Source of the DNA: Podarcis vaucheri
Taxonomy: Eukaryota
Assembly: GCA_965113315.1 (NCBI GenBank)
Contig: OZ220372.1
Direction: 5' to 3' (one strand)
DNA: 64,000 bases
The notes under the pieces are model-generated. The model was not told where the DNA came from. It was given only the letters and a program-made list of their open reading frames with translations, and did no database searches. A program made the translations under genes and the position numbers. Positions within the stretch are counted from its first letter, which is position 1; each line of letters starts with the position of its first letter. Positions 49,964 to 62,593 of the stretch are shown in pieces.

Positions 49964-50849
49964 GTGTATCAGCTGGTAAATTGCAGTGCATGCAAGACTC
50001 AGGAGAGTATAGAGGACTAACACAAAAATGGGAAAGTAGGAAGGAAGTGAAGAAGGAAAGGGAGGTAGTCCATGAAGGGAGGCACTGATCCTTCCCTTTG
50101 CCATGAGTATGTTCCCATGAGCAGGCATGTGCATCTGTGTATTGTACCCATGCAACATTATGTTTATGTTAGAATTAATATGAGATGAATAAAACCTAAA
50201 CTTTGGCAAGAAGTGCTCGTGTTAACACAAAGAAATCAAGCCGATTCACCAAAAGACAACTATTGGCTTGCGGGGGTTTGTTTTAAATCCTGGTCACCCT
50301 ACAGTATGACGGACCACATGCTAAGAACAAATACTTCTTGGCCTGTTAAAAAACCCCTCAAATGTTCACCTCACCCTGGAAAAAACAAAATGAAAGTATG
50401 ACCATCTCAGGGTCACACTGGGCTAAGCAAACATTTGTTGAAAGTGTGCTTAAAACTGGGCAGCTGCATGGGTCTGCAATCTTTCTTGAGACCGTAGCAT
50501 GCAAGTAGAGGTTTTTAACCTCTTCAGCATCACACTATTTTCATGCTATTTGTCCCACAAAGCTGCTATTTGCAGTAAACAGCACCGCTGGGGAAAACAC
50601 CAGCTCAGGGAGATGATTGTTTGGTTAGGAAACATCACAAGGAGGACAAATTACGAATACGCCCTTTCCCCCCTCCTGTTCTGAACCACCACAAAGAAGT
50701 GGCCAGTGCTCTGCCACTTAGCCTCATTCCGTATTTTCTAAACTTTGTGGCCCATACTACGGTTGCCAGCAATAGCAGCATTGCAATCAGTGACTGGGAC
50801 TGAAATCACAAGTAAAAATCCTAGCAAATGCTAGAAAAAATTGTGGGAC

Positions 50850-51309
50850 CCTTGACCCATTTGGGCTGCACACAGAGGGCTCCATTGCCGCCTCTCCTGG
50901 TATGCCCCATGGAGGACCTTAAGGGCCACAAATGACAACACCTTGGAGGTCCCAAGTCGCAAGCTGGTTAGATTGGTCTCAACTAGGGCCAGGGCCTTTT
51001 CAGTACTGGCCCCGACTTAGTGGAACGCTCTGTCACAAGAGACTAGGGCCCTGTGGGACTTGACATCTTTCCGCAGGGCCTGCAAGACAGAGCTGTTCCG
51101 CCTGGCATTTGGTTTGGACTCAGTCTGACCCTTATGCTTCCCTCCCATTATGCTTTTGATCTATGGGCTACTATTAAAATGAGGCTGCATTTTAAATTAT
51201 ATTTTAACCTGTATTTTAAATTGGTTTATTTTATTTTTTATTGTAATTTTACTGGTGTTAGCCGCCCTGAGCCCAGCTCTGACCAGGGAGGATGGGGTAT
51301 AAATAAAAA

Positions 51310-51356
<47 letters not shown>
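50850..51356 (+). mobile_element. L2-clade 3' fragment (second subfamily) with (TTA)n tail
   Basis: ...agggccttttcagtactggcccc..tggaacgctct..aagacagagctgttccg, then the 3' UTR gccgccctgagccc...ggggtataaataaa. The start is approximate. Confidence 0.7.
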
Positions 51357-51357
<1 letters not shown>

Positions 51358-51543
51358 TCTTCTGACTTGTTGGTGGTGCATTTTGGAGGAACAGGAGTCC
51401 TAAGTCATCCCTCCCTCTTTGCTTGATGTGGGTTATGCCTGTTGCAAACATGACAACAGGCAGAAATGGAGAGGGGAAGGACTGGATGAGATATGGCAGT
51501 TTCATACAGACCCCCTTCATCCCTCCTAGCATCCATTCCACTA

Positions 51544-51769
51544 CAGTGGTACCTCAGGTTAAGTACTTAATTCGTTCTGGAGGTCCGTTCTTAACCTGAA
51601 ACTGTTCTTAACCTGAAGCACCACTTTAGCTAATGGGGCCTCCAGCTGCCGCCGCGCCACTGGAGCACGATTTCTGTTCTCATCCTGAAGCAAAGTTCTT
51701 AACCTGAAGCACTCTTTCTGGGTTAGTGGAGTCTTTAACCTGAAGCGTATGTAACCCGAGGTACCACTG
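51544..51769. mobile_element. Tigger-like MITE
   Basis: TA|CAGTGGTACCTC...GAGGTACCACTG|TA. Confidence 0.9.
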
Positions 51770-52687
51770 TACTTCTTTTGGTGCTTGGCTGAGTTGGGGA
51801 GTAACCAGAGCTCTCCTCAGCCCTTCTGGAATCTTCTGCATGTGGGGCCATTGCCTACTGTGCAAGTGGATTGTGCCCTAAACGTTTGCAGCTAAAATTA
51901 CAATAATATAATTGTGCTTGAAACAGAGAGCAGTTTCAGAGAGAAGTGCCAATCAGCCTCAAGTGTAGGCTGAAATTAAGTATAGCATTAACTGTGCTTG
52001 TACCTTCCCAGATCTAAACAGAATGATCGTTGCTATTTGGGTATAATATACTGCGCTACAGAGCTCTGAATCCTTGTTGCATCCCCAACTATACTTTAGG
52101 TTACATTATTATTCATTCGCTATTTGTTACCTTTGGAGAAGCTGTATAGCAAAACTATAGTAATCCCTTGTCTGCATACCAGCACCCTGGGCTGCAGAGT
52201 TTGGATACATTCCTCTAGCTGGGTTCTGATAAGCGCCAATCAAGGAGTGAGATAATTCCATGGCAGCCAACCGAATGATGCTGCTTTGCACTGGTGGAGA
52301 ATGTGGCTGTATCAGTTCAGGGGTAAATATAGCCCTATAATCTGTATACTGCTAGGAATTTTATTCCCCTCCTTGGTTTGTTTTTCACCGCGCTGCTCTA
52401 CAAAAACAAGTGATTATGTTTCAAAAGAAGCAGAGGCACGTATGAGAAAAACGACTACCTCAAAGGAACTGTGTAGCTCGGCAGTTGCCGAAACACTCTC
52501 ATATATAATTTTGTGGAATACCTTTCATTTAGTCTGGTCTTCACTTCTTTGTAAGTTACTTTGCCTACCAGGAAGGAAGGAACTCTCAGGTGGGTTGCTG
52601 GAAGAAGAAATGGAAGTTCCCAGCTGAGAGATGGGAAGGTCCACTCTTTTTTGTGTGAAATAAGGGTTAAGATATATCCTTCATAAA

Positions 52688-52836
52688 NNNNNNNNNNNNN
52701 NNNNNNNNNNNNNNNNNNNNNNNNNNNNNNNNNNNNNNNNNNNNNNNNNNNNNNNNNNNNNNNNNNNNNNNNNNNNNNNNNNNNNNNNNNNNNNNNNNNN
52801 NNNNNNNNNNNNNNNNNNNNNNNNNNNNNNNNNNNN
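52688..52836. other. Assembly gap (149 N)
   Basis: Run of n. Confidence 1.
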
Positions 52837-54284
52837 TTTTATTTAGATCAGTTTGGTTTTTATTGTATTCTATGTTGAAAACTTTCAACAAAAACTCAGA
52901 TAAAGAAATAATAAGTTACTTTGACTACCCAAGAAGGACTTTCCCCAACGTGACTATTCATAACAGCCAGAATGATTTGGTAGATAGAATATGAGCCCAA
53001 TACACAATCCTTTTCAATAAATTAAAAACAAATATAGATCAAACCGTTACTTGTTGTTTGCTCTGTGATGTTTTGTGATACATTTATGTGTGTTTCACAA
53101 ATTCTTTGTAAATGTTGTGACAATGATTTATTCTTTTATAAATCAGCCTTCACTATATGAGGAGGGTAGATTTGAAACTCTCCGCAGACTGGCAATTAAA
53201 CGAATTCTTAGCTTTAATTGTGTAAAATGAGACTGATAGCCCAAACTTGAATGTGTTTTTCAAGCAATGCGGGATATTTTTAATTTGGAAAATATATTTT
53301 CATTTTGTGACTAGGATAATCCTTTAAAGACCATTATTGCCTGCTAATGTTTGGGGACTGGGATCCAGCAAATACATAATGCTTTAAATCATAAACTACA
53401 GTTAAGGGATTAAGGCTGTGATTCTACATTTATTTCCTGGGAGCAAGCCCCACTGAACTCAGTAGGACTTAGATTTTTGTATACATGTATAGGATTGCCC
53501 TGTAAAAATGAACCATTGGATTATGTAGTCCTTTTCCCAATGCTTCATGCACAAATTACACTCTTATCCTGAACAGTTTTGGTTCTTTCTGCTTCTCAGT
53601 TTTCCAAACTTAAATTCAGTCCTTCACCTGTTTGCAGAAGTTAACAAATTTTATATTAAAAATATTCTCATGAAAATTATTCAGCATTTATTACTTCTCC
53701 TAATACACACATTTTTGAATGCAGTTTTGATAAATGCACACGTTCTCGCAAGTGATTTCTCCTGATATAATGATTGTCATTTTCACAAATATATTAACCC
53801 TTATGCACATTTTTTACCTATTATATGCATTTTTTGTAAACCATGGTTGAATGGAGAACTACATTGCATAGTTTGAAGAACCAATTTGGAAGGGTGGCTG
53901 TTTCAGTTCTCATGGTGTTTTAGAAAGGGCAGGTTTGATAAAAGACAGCTTGAAATGGGAACTGAATCGAATTCACCACCATACCTCATCCTGAATAACC
54001 TTAACCATTATGTAACATAAGTCAGCTTAAGAGAACTAGCCTGGATAAGACAGAAACTGGTTGGCATTAACCATGGTGAAGATGACCATGGAGAGATGGA
54101 CAGGATGACTTCACACGGGGGATGGGGCATCTACACCCTTCAATAATGACTGATTGCTGTAAAGACCAACATGATAAAGGCCAAAGAGATCTGAGTGTGC
54201 ATAGGCCAGTCCTGAAATTCTCTGGAGATTGGGAAGCACATTAGTGTTGTGGCTGCTTTCAGAGGGGAGCCCCAGAAATCTCAC

Positions 54285-54708
54285 TATACCTGAAGGAGCG
54301 TCTCCACCCCCATCGTTCAGCCCGGACACTGAGGTCCAGCGCCAAGAGCCTTCTGGCAGTTCCCTCCCTGTGAGAAGTGAGGTTACAGGAAACCAGGCAG
54401 ACGGCCTTCTCAGTAGTGGCGCCCACCCTGTTGAACGCCCTCCCACCAGATGTCAAGGCAATAAACAACTATTTTACTTTTAAAAGACAACTGAAGGTGG
54501 TCCTGTTTAGGGAAGTTTTTAATGTCTGATGCTGTATTGTTTTTAATGTTCGGTTGGAAGCCACCCAGAGTGGCTGGGGAAACCCAGGCAGATGGGCGGG
54601 GAATAAATAATAAATTATTGTTATTGTTATTGTTATTGTTATTGTTATTGTTATTGTTATTGTTATTGTTATTGTTATTGTTATTGTTATTGTTATTGTT
54701 ATTGTTAC
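54285..54708 (+). mobile_element. L2 3' fragment with (TTATTG)n tail
   Basis: tatacctgaaggagcgtctccaccccc... followed by a hexamer microsatellite at 54615-54708. Confidence 0.85.
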
Positions 54709-55024
54709 TATGCGCACTGATCTTGGGATCCTGTTTATTGATAGCAATGCAAATTATCCGCTCTGGGGTTATGTACACATTAGCAGCTTAAAATACAGCA
54801 AGGTTACCTCCCCCTTTACATTTCAAGTTACACCAGCAACTCCTATTCCTGAAGCTGTCATTTGCACGTGCGCAATGGCTGCCACAAATGAGCTAGGCTA
54901 GGTTGAGAGCTGGGGCTCAAGGTCACCTAGCGAGTTTCAAGGTTGAAGAGGGATTTGAACCCTGGTTTCCCAGGTCCTAGCCCAACACTCTACATGACAC
55001 TCTGTCATGCCCATCTCAGATATA

Positions 55025-55361
55025 CAGTGGTGCCCTGCAAGACGAATGCCTCGCAAGACGGAAAACTCGCTAGACGAAAGAGTTTTCCGTTTTGGAGGTG
55101 CTTCGCAAAACGAATTTCCTATGGGCTTGCTTTGCAAGACGACAATGTCTTGTGAGTTCCTGCTGGTTTTTTCCCCTTTACCCCCCCTTTTCTAAGCCGC
55201 TAAGCCGCTTATCAGCTGATCCGATCAGCAGATAAGCCGCTAAAAGCCGCTAATAGCGCTAATAGCGCTAATCCTTCAATGGGCTTGCTTCGCAAGACGA
55301 AAAAGCCGCTAGACGAAGAGAATCACAGAACGGATTCTTTTCGTCTTGCGAGGCACCACTG
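55025..55361. mobile_element. Tigger-like MITE (variant)
   Basis: TA|CAGTGGTGCCCTGCAAGACGAA...TTCGTCTTGCGAGGCACCACTG|TA. Confidence 0.85.
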
Positions 55362-55869
55362 TACATGACTCAGTTTAACTGTGAAGCATTTTCAAATTGG
55401 ATGGAAGAGGGTTTGCAGGAAAATGCATCAAACCACAGCATTTCTCAAGAAAGTGCAAGACATGTAAGGATTGTGGCTAATGCCATGTATATACGGCTTC
55501 AAATGCCAGGAGTGGGAATGCACTGGAGCCAGAGTAAATTGTAATGCATATACAACAAAGGCTGCTGCGCACCCTTCAGAAATCTGGATGGGTATAATCC
55601 TGTCAATGTTAGGCACTTTCAAGTTTTATTATGTGTCAGTGGAAGTGTTTTGCATTTGCTTATTCCCCTCCCCTACTGCAATCAATGGAACATAAAAGTA
55701 TTCAAGTCTGTCTCAATCATTCCCATTAGTTTCCGCCCAACCACAGGCTCCACCCTTCGCTCTCTACAGCAAAATGTCCTTGAAAGTCCCTTGAGATTTT
55801 AAATCTGTTTGTGATGGACTTTCTGTTGAATAGAACGAAGGGAAGGGGCCCACTGTAGGAATGGAACTA

Positions 55870-56111
55870 CAGTGGTACCTTGGGTTACATACGCTTCAGG
55901 TTACATACGCTTCAGGTTACAGACTCCGCTAACCCAGAAATAGTGCTTCAGGTTAAGAACTTTGCTTCAGGATAAGAACAGAAATCATGCTCTGGCGGCA
56001 CGGCGGCAGCAGGAGGCCCGATTAGCTAAAGTGGTACTTCAGGTTAAGAACAGTTTCAGGTTAAGAACAGACCTCCGGAACGAATTAAGTACTTAACCCG
56101 AGGTACCACTG
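55870..56111. mobile_element. Tigger-like MITE (opposite orientation to 51544)
   Basis: TA|CAGTGGTACC...GGTACCACTG|TA. Confidence 0.9.
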
Positions 56112-56346
56112 TAGTTGGGGAGTTCAAGACCATGGCCAATGACTATAAAGAATTTTGTACATGAAATGTGCTATTGAAACCTGCAGTTTGAGCTATACAT
56201 TTAAGCCCAATCAAAGAGTCAATTCCTCCTGGGATTCTGCCATCCCTTCCTCATATATAGACTGATCACATTTTAAAATGATCACTCACTGTAAGTTAGG
56301 TCCTGTTGAATGCAAATACTTTAAAAAAAAATGTTACTGGTTTTAA

Positions 56347-56482
56347 CAGGCTTCCTCAGTCTCGGCCCTCCAGATGTTTTGAGACTACAATTCCCATCAC
56401 CTCTGACCATTGGTCTGGCTAGCTAGGGATCATGGGAGTTGTAGGCCAAAAACATCTGGAGGGCTAAGCTTGAGGAAGCCTA
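56347..56482. mobile_element. Palindromic hAT MITE
   Basis: CAGGCTTCCTCA...TGAGGAAGCCT with a perfect TSD GGTTTTAA. Confidence 0.85.
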
Positions 56483-57217
56483 GGTTTTAACATAATGTTT
56501 TTGAATTGACTGAATTATTATTTTTTAAGTTATCTTTCCTCCAACTGAAGGAACTGCAGCTGAGAACAATGATGTACAAAAAACACACACCTTGCAAACA
56601 ACAAAGAAGCATATCAGGGAGGTTGTTTTTTTAGTTTAGCCCTCACTTTGTTCTGCTCGTTTTCTACAAGTCTGTATTTTGAAAAGCTGGAAAACATTTT
56701 AAAAACGTGTTCCTGTTTATGGTATTAAGATATAGCATCTCAGAAGCCCTCGACCATTGTTAATATATACATCAATCGACTCTCCTTCAACAAAAGTGAA
56801 TTTTCACTGACACACAGGGATGAGGAACTGCTGACTTTCCAAGTATTGTTGGAACACAACTCCCATCATCCTTGACTATGCTGGCCAGACTTCAGGAGGT
56901 CCTCAGCACAGTTCGGCCACTATCAATGCCTCCACCACCCCTCATGTTGCCACTGGACCTCCCAATTCCTTTTGCGGTGGTGGCTTCACCCTCCACCTCT
57001 GCTCTATCCTGTCACCTCCCCTTCCTCTTGTTCACCTGTGACAGTGGTGGTGACACCGGCAGATTTTCTGCCACCTCCTCAGCACCTGGGTTATTATTAT
57101 ATTTATTTAATACACTTGTATACTGCCCTATACCACCCCAAAGGTCCTTCTCTGAGCCTGCAATTCAGGCTAGAAGAATGCCTACCACTATTGCTTTTAA
57201 AAATAGATAAAATGCTA

Positions 57218-57722
57218 AGTCCAGAATGCGGCAGCTAGACTGGTGACTGGGAGTGGCCACCGGGACCACGTAACACTGGTCCTGAGAGATCTGCACTGGC
57301 TCCCAGTACGCTTCCGAGCACAATTCAAAGTGTTGGTGCTGACCTTTAAAGCCCTAAACGGCCTCGGTCCTGTATACCTGAAGGAGCGTCTCCACCCCCA
57401 TCGTTCTGCCCGGACCCTGAGGTCCAGCACCAAGGGCCTTCTGGTGGTTCCCTCATTGCGAGAAGTGAGGTTACAGGGAACCAGACAGAGGGCCTTCTTG
57501 GTAGTAGCACCTGCCCTGTGGAACTCCCTCTCTTCAGATGTGAAGGAAATAAGCAGCTATCTTCTCTTTAAAAGACATCTGAAGGCTGTTTAGGGAAGTT
57601 TTTAATATTTGATGCTGTATTGTTTTTAACACTCGATTGGAAGCCGCCCAGAGTGGCTGGGGAAACTTAGCCAGATGGGCGGGGTATAAATAATAGATTA
57701 ATAAATATTATTATTATTATTT
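57218..57722 (+). mobile_element. L2 LINE 3' end (ORF2 C-terminus open)
   Basis: HRDHVTLVLRDLHWLPVRFRAQFKVLVLTFKALNGLGPVYLKERL...RAFLVVAPALWNSL. Confidence 0.9.
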
Positions 57723-58160
57723 ATAAAGTTCTTCTAACCACTGCAGCAAACTGGTGGTGGTGCATTCACACCCAGAATGTCTGGTTCTGAGAAGAAGGGC
57801 ACTCTTAGCCCTTGCTCAGGCACAACGTGGAGGTGGAGAGTGATGGTAGATGACTTTCCAGCCACTGTGGATGGGCGCTCATCTTGGTTCCCAAGCGTTG
57901 CCCGCAGCACCACCACCTGGGCCTAGCAGTGAGGCAGGTTGGATCAATGAGGGGCCCCTGGCAGGTGCCCAACCTTGCTGTCTCTTGCTACCTGCCCTGA
58001 TGCTGGCTGGAGAAGATAGGAGTTCTACATTTCTCCAATAAATACTGCCCCCATTCATCAATGAGTTAAGCAAGCATTGTGGGAGAAATACAGTTTGAAC
58101 AAGAATAGAAAATGAGAAGAAGTATTTCTGGGACACAGTTCAAAGCATTATTGAGCCTAC

Positions 58161-58433
58161 CTTTTCACACGCCCCCATTCTCTCTTTTTCCAGTAGTTTC
58201 CTGGTCTCCCTTTCCCAATAAGCCATTAGTGCCTCCCGGCTGAAAGTTCCTGTTGGCGTTTTCTCCGTGAGACTTTTTTGCCTGTGTCCCACCGGAAGGT
58301 TTCGGTCAGGCTCAATGTCCTCCAGCTCTCTCTCCAACTCCTTCAGCTCCTCATCAGTTAGAGAAGCCAGGAGCTCATCTTCATCTAGCTCCTCGTATTT
58401 ACTAAGCTCTCGCCTGTAGCCAAAGGTAGACAT
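58161..58433 (-). CDS. LMOD2: Leiomodin-2 exon 1 coding part (tropomyosin-binding N-terminus)
   Basis: ACCATG start, 273 nt, MSTFGYRRELSKYEELDEDELLASLTDEELKELERELEDIEPDRNLPVGHRQKSLTEKTPTGTFSREALMAYWE..., donor AAG|GTAGGC. Confidence 0.98.
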
Positions 58434-58558
58434 GGTCCCTTCTGTCGTTAGGCTGGTGCAAATCTGAAACCGCAATGCAGCATTAATGAAAAGCTTGAAT
58501 CGAGGTGTCTGTATCTGATTTGGCCAGCAACTGTTTCCCCTGAGTGGCTGCGGCACCC

Positions 58559-59106
58559 TTTAAAAAGTGTTCCTAGGGGATTGCGACAATGTGCGGAAGG
58601 ATGAAAGCATGCTCTGTTTTAAGCATCAGACGTCAGACAGCAAGAGAGTCGAACAGAAGGAATGTCCCAACACCAGTGTCTGGTCGTCTCTTAAACACAG
58701 GGATTATTGACATACTGACCCTGACCGTATTTAGCGTAGCATGATACAAGGAAAATGTATATTCATCGACATACTTTGTGGCCGGGAGGATGGTAGGGGG
58801 GAAAACAGGGGCGCTTGCATAGACCTTGTGTTGACTCCACAACAGAGAGTGGATGAATAAAGAACATTTGACTTCTGTAGGATTAGTGTCCTTCCAAAGG
58901 GGCACAAAATATTTTCACAGCTGTTCAGAAAAGCACCCCTTATTTTCATGGTTTTTAGGAGGGAGGTTGGCAGGAGAAGGAGCTGTAACTTTGTCAGGCT
59001 GGAGATTTGTTATCTCCAGGAATGTAACAAAGCCAGGATACACATTCCCAAGATTGTGGACTGTGCCGCTCAGCTTATGTTCTTCATGTTTTAAATAATT
59101 AGATAA
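58559..59106 (-). promoter_or_regulatory. Putative LMOD2 proximal promoter
   Basis: TTTTTAAA about 125 nt upstream of the ATG. MCAT CATTCCT at 58658-58664 and 59018-59024, GATA at 59010-59015 and 59101-59106, E-box CAGCTG at 58918-58923. Confidence 0.5.
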
Positions 59107-60031
59107 GGAGGACCAAAATGAAACCCTTTCAATTAAAAACAAAACCAAACCTTGAGCCTAGCTATAATATTAGCTTTATTGTCCCAAGGATTTCTCAAGG
59201 GTTGAGGGCAAAACCAAAAACCTATTAGTCTCAGATTTTGATATTGCCCCCCAATATCCCAGAGAGCAAAAAGTGTCATAATTACATAGGCCATTTTGTG
59301 GGGATGTTTGAGGAACTTGGTCTTTGCGAATTCCTATTCAAAATAATCAGATCTGTTCCTCTTGAACTAATATCTACCTGTCCACATTGTCTTGATGTTC
59401 TGAGGTGATTTTCGGCCATTTACGCATGCCAAAGCATCATTAAATACATATTTTGAGAGGAAGCACACATTTAAATGAGTATTTAAATATGTATTTTGAG
59501 AGGACCAACAAATAAATAAATCACGGATTGGCAGAGGTAGGTGTCTGTGTGTTGGGTGAATGTGTCTCCACCAACTAAGCCATTCTCCTGCAGGCCCCCA
59601 TTAATGAATTGGGGCTTCAATCCGCAGGTGCAGAACTTCCTATTCCACCTATTAAATATGTGGTCAGGTGGAAGTGCTGCCAGAGCAGAAGACCATGTTT
59701 CATGGTGGGCATGGGCTGAGTCAACCCGGGATCCATTTCATCCATAACCAGTCCTACCGCAGCATCAAGGCCAATGCAGACCAAATTGCTGTGTCATCTC
59801 CATGTATAGCAGGGCAGCAAAAATTGGCAGTAGCACCACTGCTTTGTAAAGCCCTGCTGATTGGAAGCTGGGGTTTGGTTGCTCCCTAATGCAGAAATGG
59901 AACTGGACTGTGAATAGATGCATGTGAAAGTAAATAGATTTGCCATGTCGGCTAACCATTTTGCAACTTTCAGCTACTTTTGTGTTAGCAACTGTTAAGT
60001 ATTGACACCATGTGCTATTATCAAAATAATT

Positions 60032-60034
<3 letters not shown>

Positions 60035-60070
<36 letters not shown>

Positions 60071-60086
60071 TGAGAGAGAGAGAGAG
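60035..60086. repeat. (TG)n(GA)n compound microsatellite
   Basis: Directly visible in the sequence. Confidence 0.95.
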
Positions 60087-60688
60087 TTGGTCCGGGGGGT
60101 GGGGGGTTACCATGTGGCGTGGTCTGAGTCCGGTCCTAGGTCGAGGGTATGGAGGCTGTCCGTCAAGGGCGAAGCAGGGTCCAAGGCAAGGAGCCAGGCG
60201 TGGTCAGGAACTCTGGAAGAGCAGGACAGGCTGTTGGCAGGAACAGGTTACCAACGATGTTGCTCCCGCAACCTGGGACTGGGTTGAATGGCCTTTATCT
60301 CCTCTGAGGCATAGGGCGGCTCCGGTCCACAGGTGACTCACCTCTCCTGGCCTGGAGGTGAGCACTCCTCCTGCGAAAACTTAGTTCCCTCCGCCTCTCT
60401 GCCCTGAGCCTCTGCAGCTCAGGAGAGGCTGGAGGGTTACCGGACCCAGAGGCAACCTCCCCTTCCCCTGACGGGGCTGAGAGTGGAGCACCTGCAGGCA
60501 ATGGGTCCTCCATCACCTCAGGGGCCAGAGCAGATTCAGCTGGTGTCTGCTCCTGAGGATCCGGCACAGGTGAGGGCCTTTCAGGTTCAAGCCCCTGCCC
60601 CAGCTCAGCCGGCCCTGGAGGCGGGGACTCCTGTGCAGGCTGGGATTCCTCAGGTTCAGCCTCTGAATCAGATTCCCAGGCCATCACA
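60085..60688 (-). mobile_element. GC-rich LTR-like element (Gypsy-type solo LTR candidate)
   Basis: Begins TGTGATGG on the minus strand, is flanked by GAGAG repeats on both sides, has a TATA-like GATAAAG and a sharp GC shift. The 3' end lacks a clean CA. Confidence 0.5.
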
Positions 60689-62593
60689 GAGAGAGAGAGA
60701 CCAACCAGAAGTTGCTGGACTACAGTTCCTATCAGTCCTGCCAGCAGGGGCTGCCGGGAGTTGAGATCCAACATCTGAAGACAACCATATTGGCTAAACC
60801 AAAGGTTTAGGAAATGACACTCATTGACACTATGTCTTTCACAGATGGCGTTTTTGAAATGGCAGGTTTTAGGCTGGAAAAGCTAGTTAGCGTGGATTCT
60901 CAATACAGTTCCTCAAGTAAAAACTTTCTCTTCGGTATGTTACCTGAGAAAAACTATGCCCTAGAAATCAAGAAAATTACTTTGTACGCACTATCTTTTC
61001 AAATGAATTCTGCTGAGCATCTCAAGAGGTACTACAATCCTAGAGGTGAGTTGCCAGGGTAGCACACTTATATTCTTAATATATTAAAATATATTGCATT
61101 CTGGCTTGAAGCTTCTGGATTGGGCAGACCCAATATAAACATAAGGAGTCACGGTCTGCCTCTGGATGCTGAAAGGAAGAAGAAGAAGAGTTTGGATTTG
61201 ATACCCCGCTTTATCACTACCCTAAGGAGTCTCAAAGCGGCTAACATTCTCCTTTCCCTTCCTCCCCCACAACAAACACTTTGTGAGGTGAGTGGGGCTG
61301 AGAGACTTCAGAGAAGTGTGACTAGCCGAAGGTCACCCAGCAGCTGCATGTGGAGGAGCAGAGACACGAACCCGGTTCCCCAGATTACGAGGCTACATTG
61401 TGCATTTCCTTACCCCAGGAACTCTGTATAAGTCCCAGAACACAGCCCTAGCTTCGTGCAAACACAAAATACCACTCTTGTAGGTGGTATCTCACTTGCC
61501 ATTTAATTTCACCGATTCTATCAATGCAGCAAGATAGATTTCTGGAGCAGCTGCTTGTGTTTTCCACCTTCAGAATGCCTGGATTTAGTTGATCAGAGCG
61601 CTACTGTCAAGGATTGGACTCCAGAGCATGAGAAAGAGGAGGAGGAGGAATAGTGAAGATCACCACCCCATCTCCTGACGCTGCAGGAGAAGAGGAACGC
61701 AGTGTTGATTTATAGCAGGGGTTTGAGGGAAGTCAAAGCTCATAGATAGGCGAACAGAGTTGAGAAGTGTTAGAGGGGAACTATGGTGGTCCAGCCAATT
61801 GATGCGTTGCCACTGGAGAGTCTTTCTGATCCCCCTTCTCCCAGAACTCGGCATTTGTTAAGAGTGCAGAAGCAACGGAATCAGACATTTGACCATGAAT
61901 AGTCACCGTAAGGGCAGATGCTGCTGCTAGGAAGGAGGGAGCAGAAACCCAGTTTGGAGCAACGCCATGATTAGGGTAGACAGTGTTCTTTTGTCTCTCT
62001 CTCTGTTATGAATGAATAAACTCATTAAAAAGGACTTATCTTGTTTCTCTGCTTCTTACTGCCAACGGGAAGGAGTAGAATTCCTGAAGCTCCAACAGCT
62101 ACACACCCTCGTCTGTGTTCTTTTCTTTTACCATTAAACTCAGACTCTGGACCCTAAGGAGTAAATAGGCTCTGGTTCTTATTCTCCGCGCCACCGTGGT
62201 CAGGGAACTGCAGATAATTCAACTCAGTCGGAAGCAGCCTCTGCAGCTGCTGATAAAGGATGCCAAGCGATGAGTACATTTCAAAAACTCTGCTCTCCGT
62301 TCACAACAGCCTAGCTTTCCAGTCAGAGGTGCAAAGGCATAACCTCCAAGTGTCCCGATTTTCCAAGGACGGTCCCAGAATTAAAAAGCCATCCCAGTAT
62401 CTGATTTGATCTCGGAATGTCCCTATTTTCCCCACTTGTGCTGAGCTCAGGGTGGAGGATGAGTCGGTACTCATCCTGAGCAGAGGAAGCAGCAGTGAAG
62501 GCTACAAGGGAGCACCCTGTTGCCTCTCCATGGCCGCTGCTGCTGGCCTCTTCCCTTGGGCATCTCATAGCAGCTGCTGGAGAGTGGGTGAGG

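Noticed and set aside
54410-54791. Poly-N, IT-repeat and poly-L ORFs
   Set aside because: Translations of the (TTATTG)n microsatellite.
58434-58556. 41-aa N-terminal extension of LMOD2 in the ORF track
   Set aside because: It starts at a non-ATG codon next to the TATA-like box. The conserved start is MSTFGY at 58433.
61605-62225. Possible old LTR starting TGTCAAGG with an internal AATAAA
   Set aside because: No convincing CA end or TSD could be identified.
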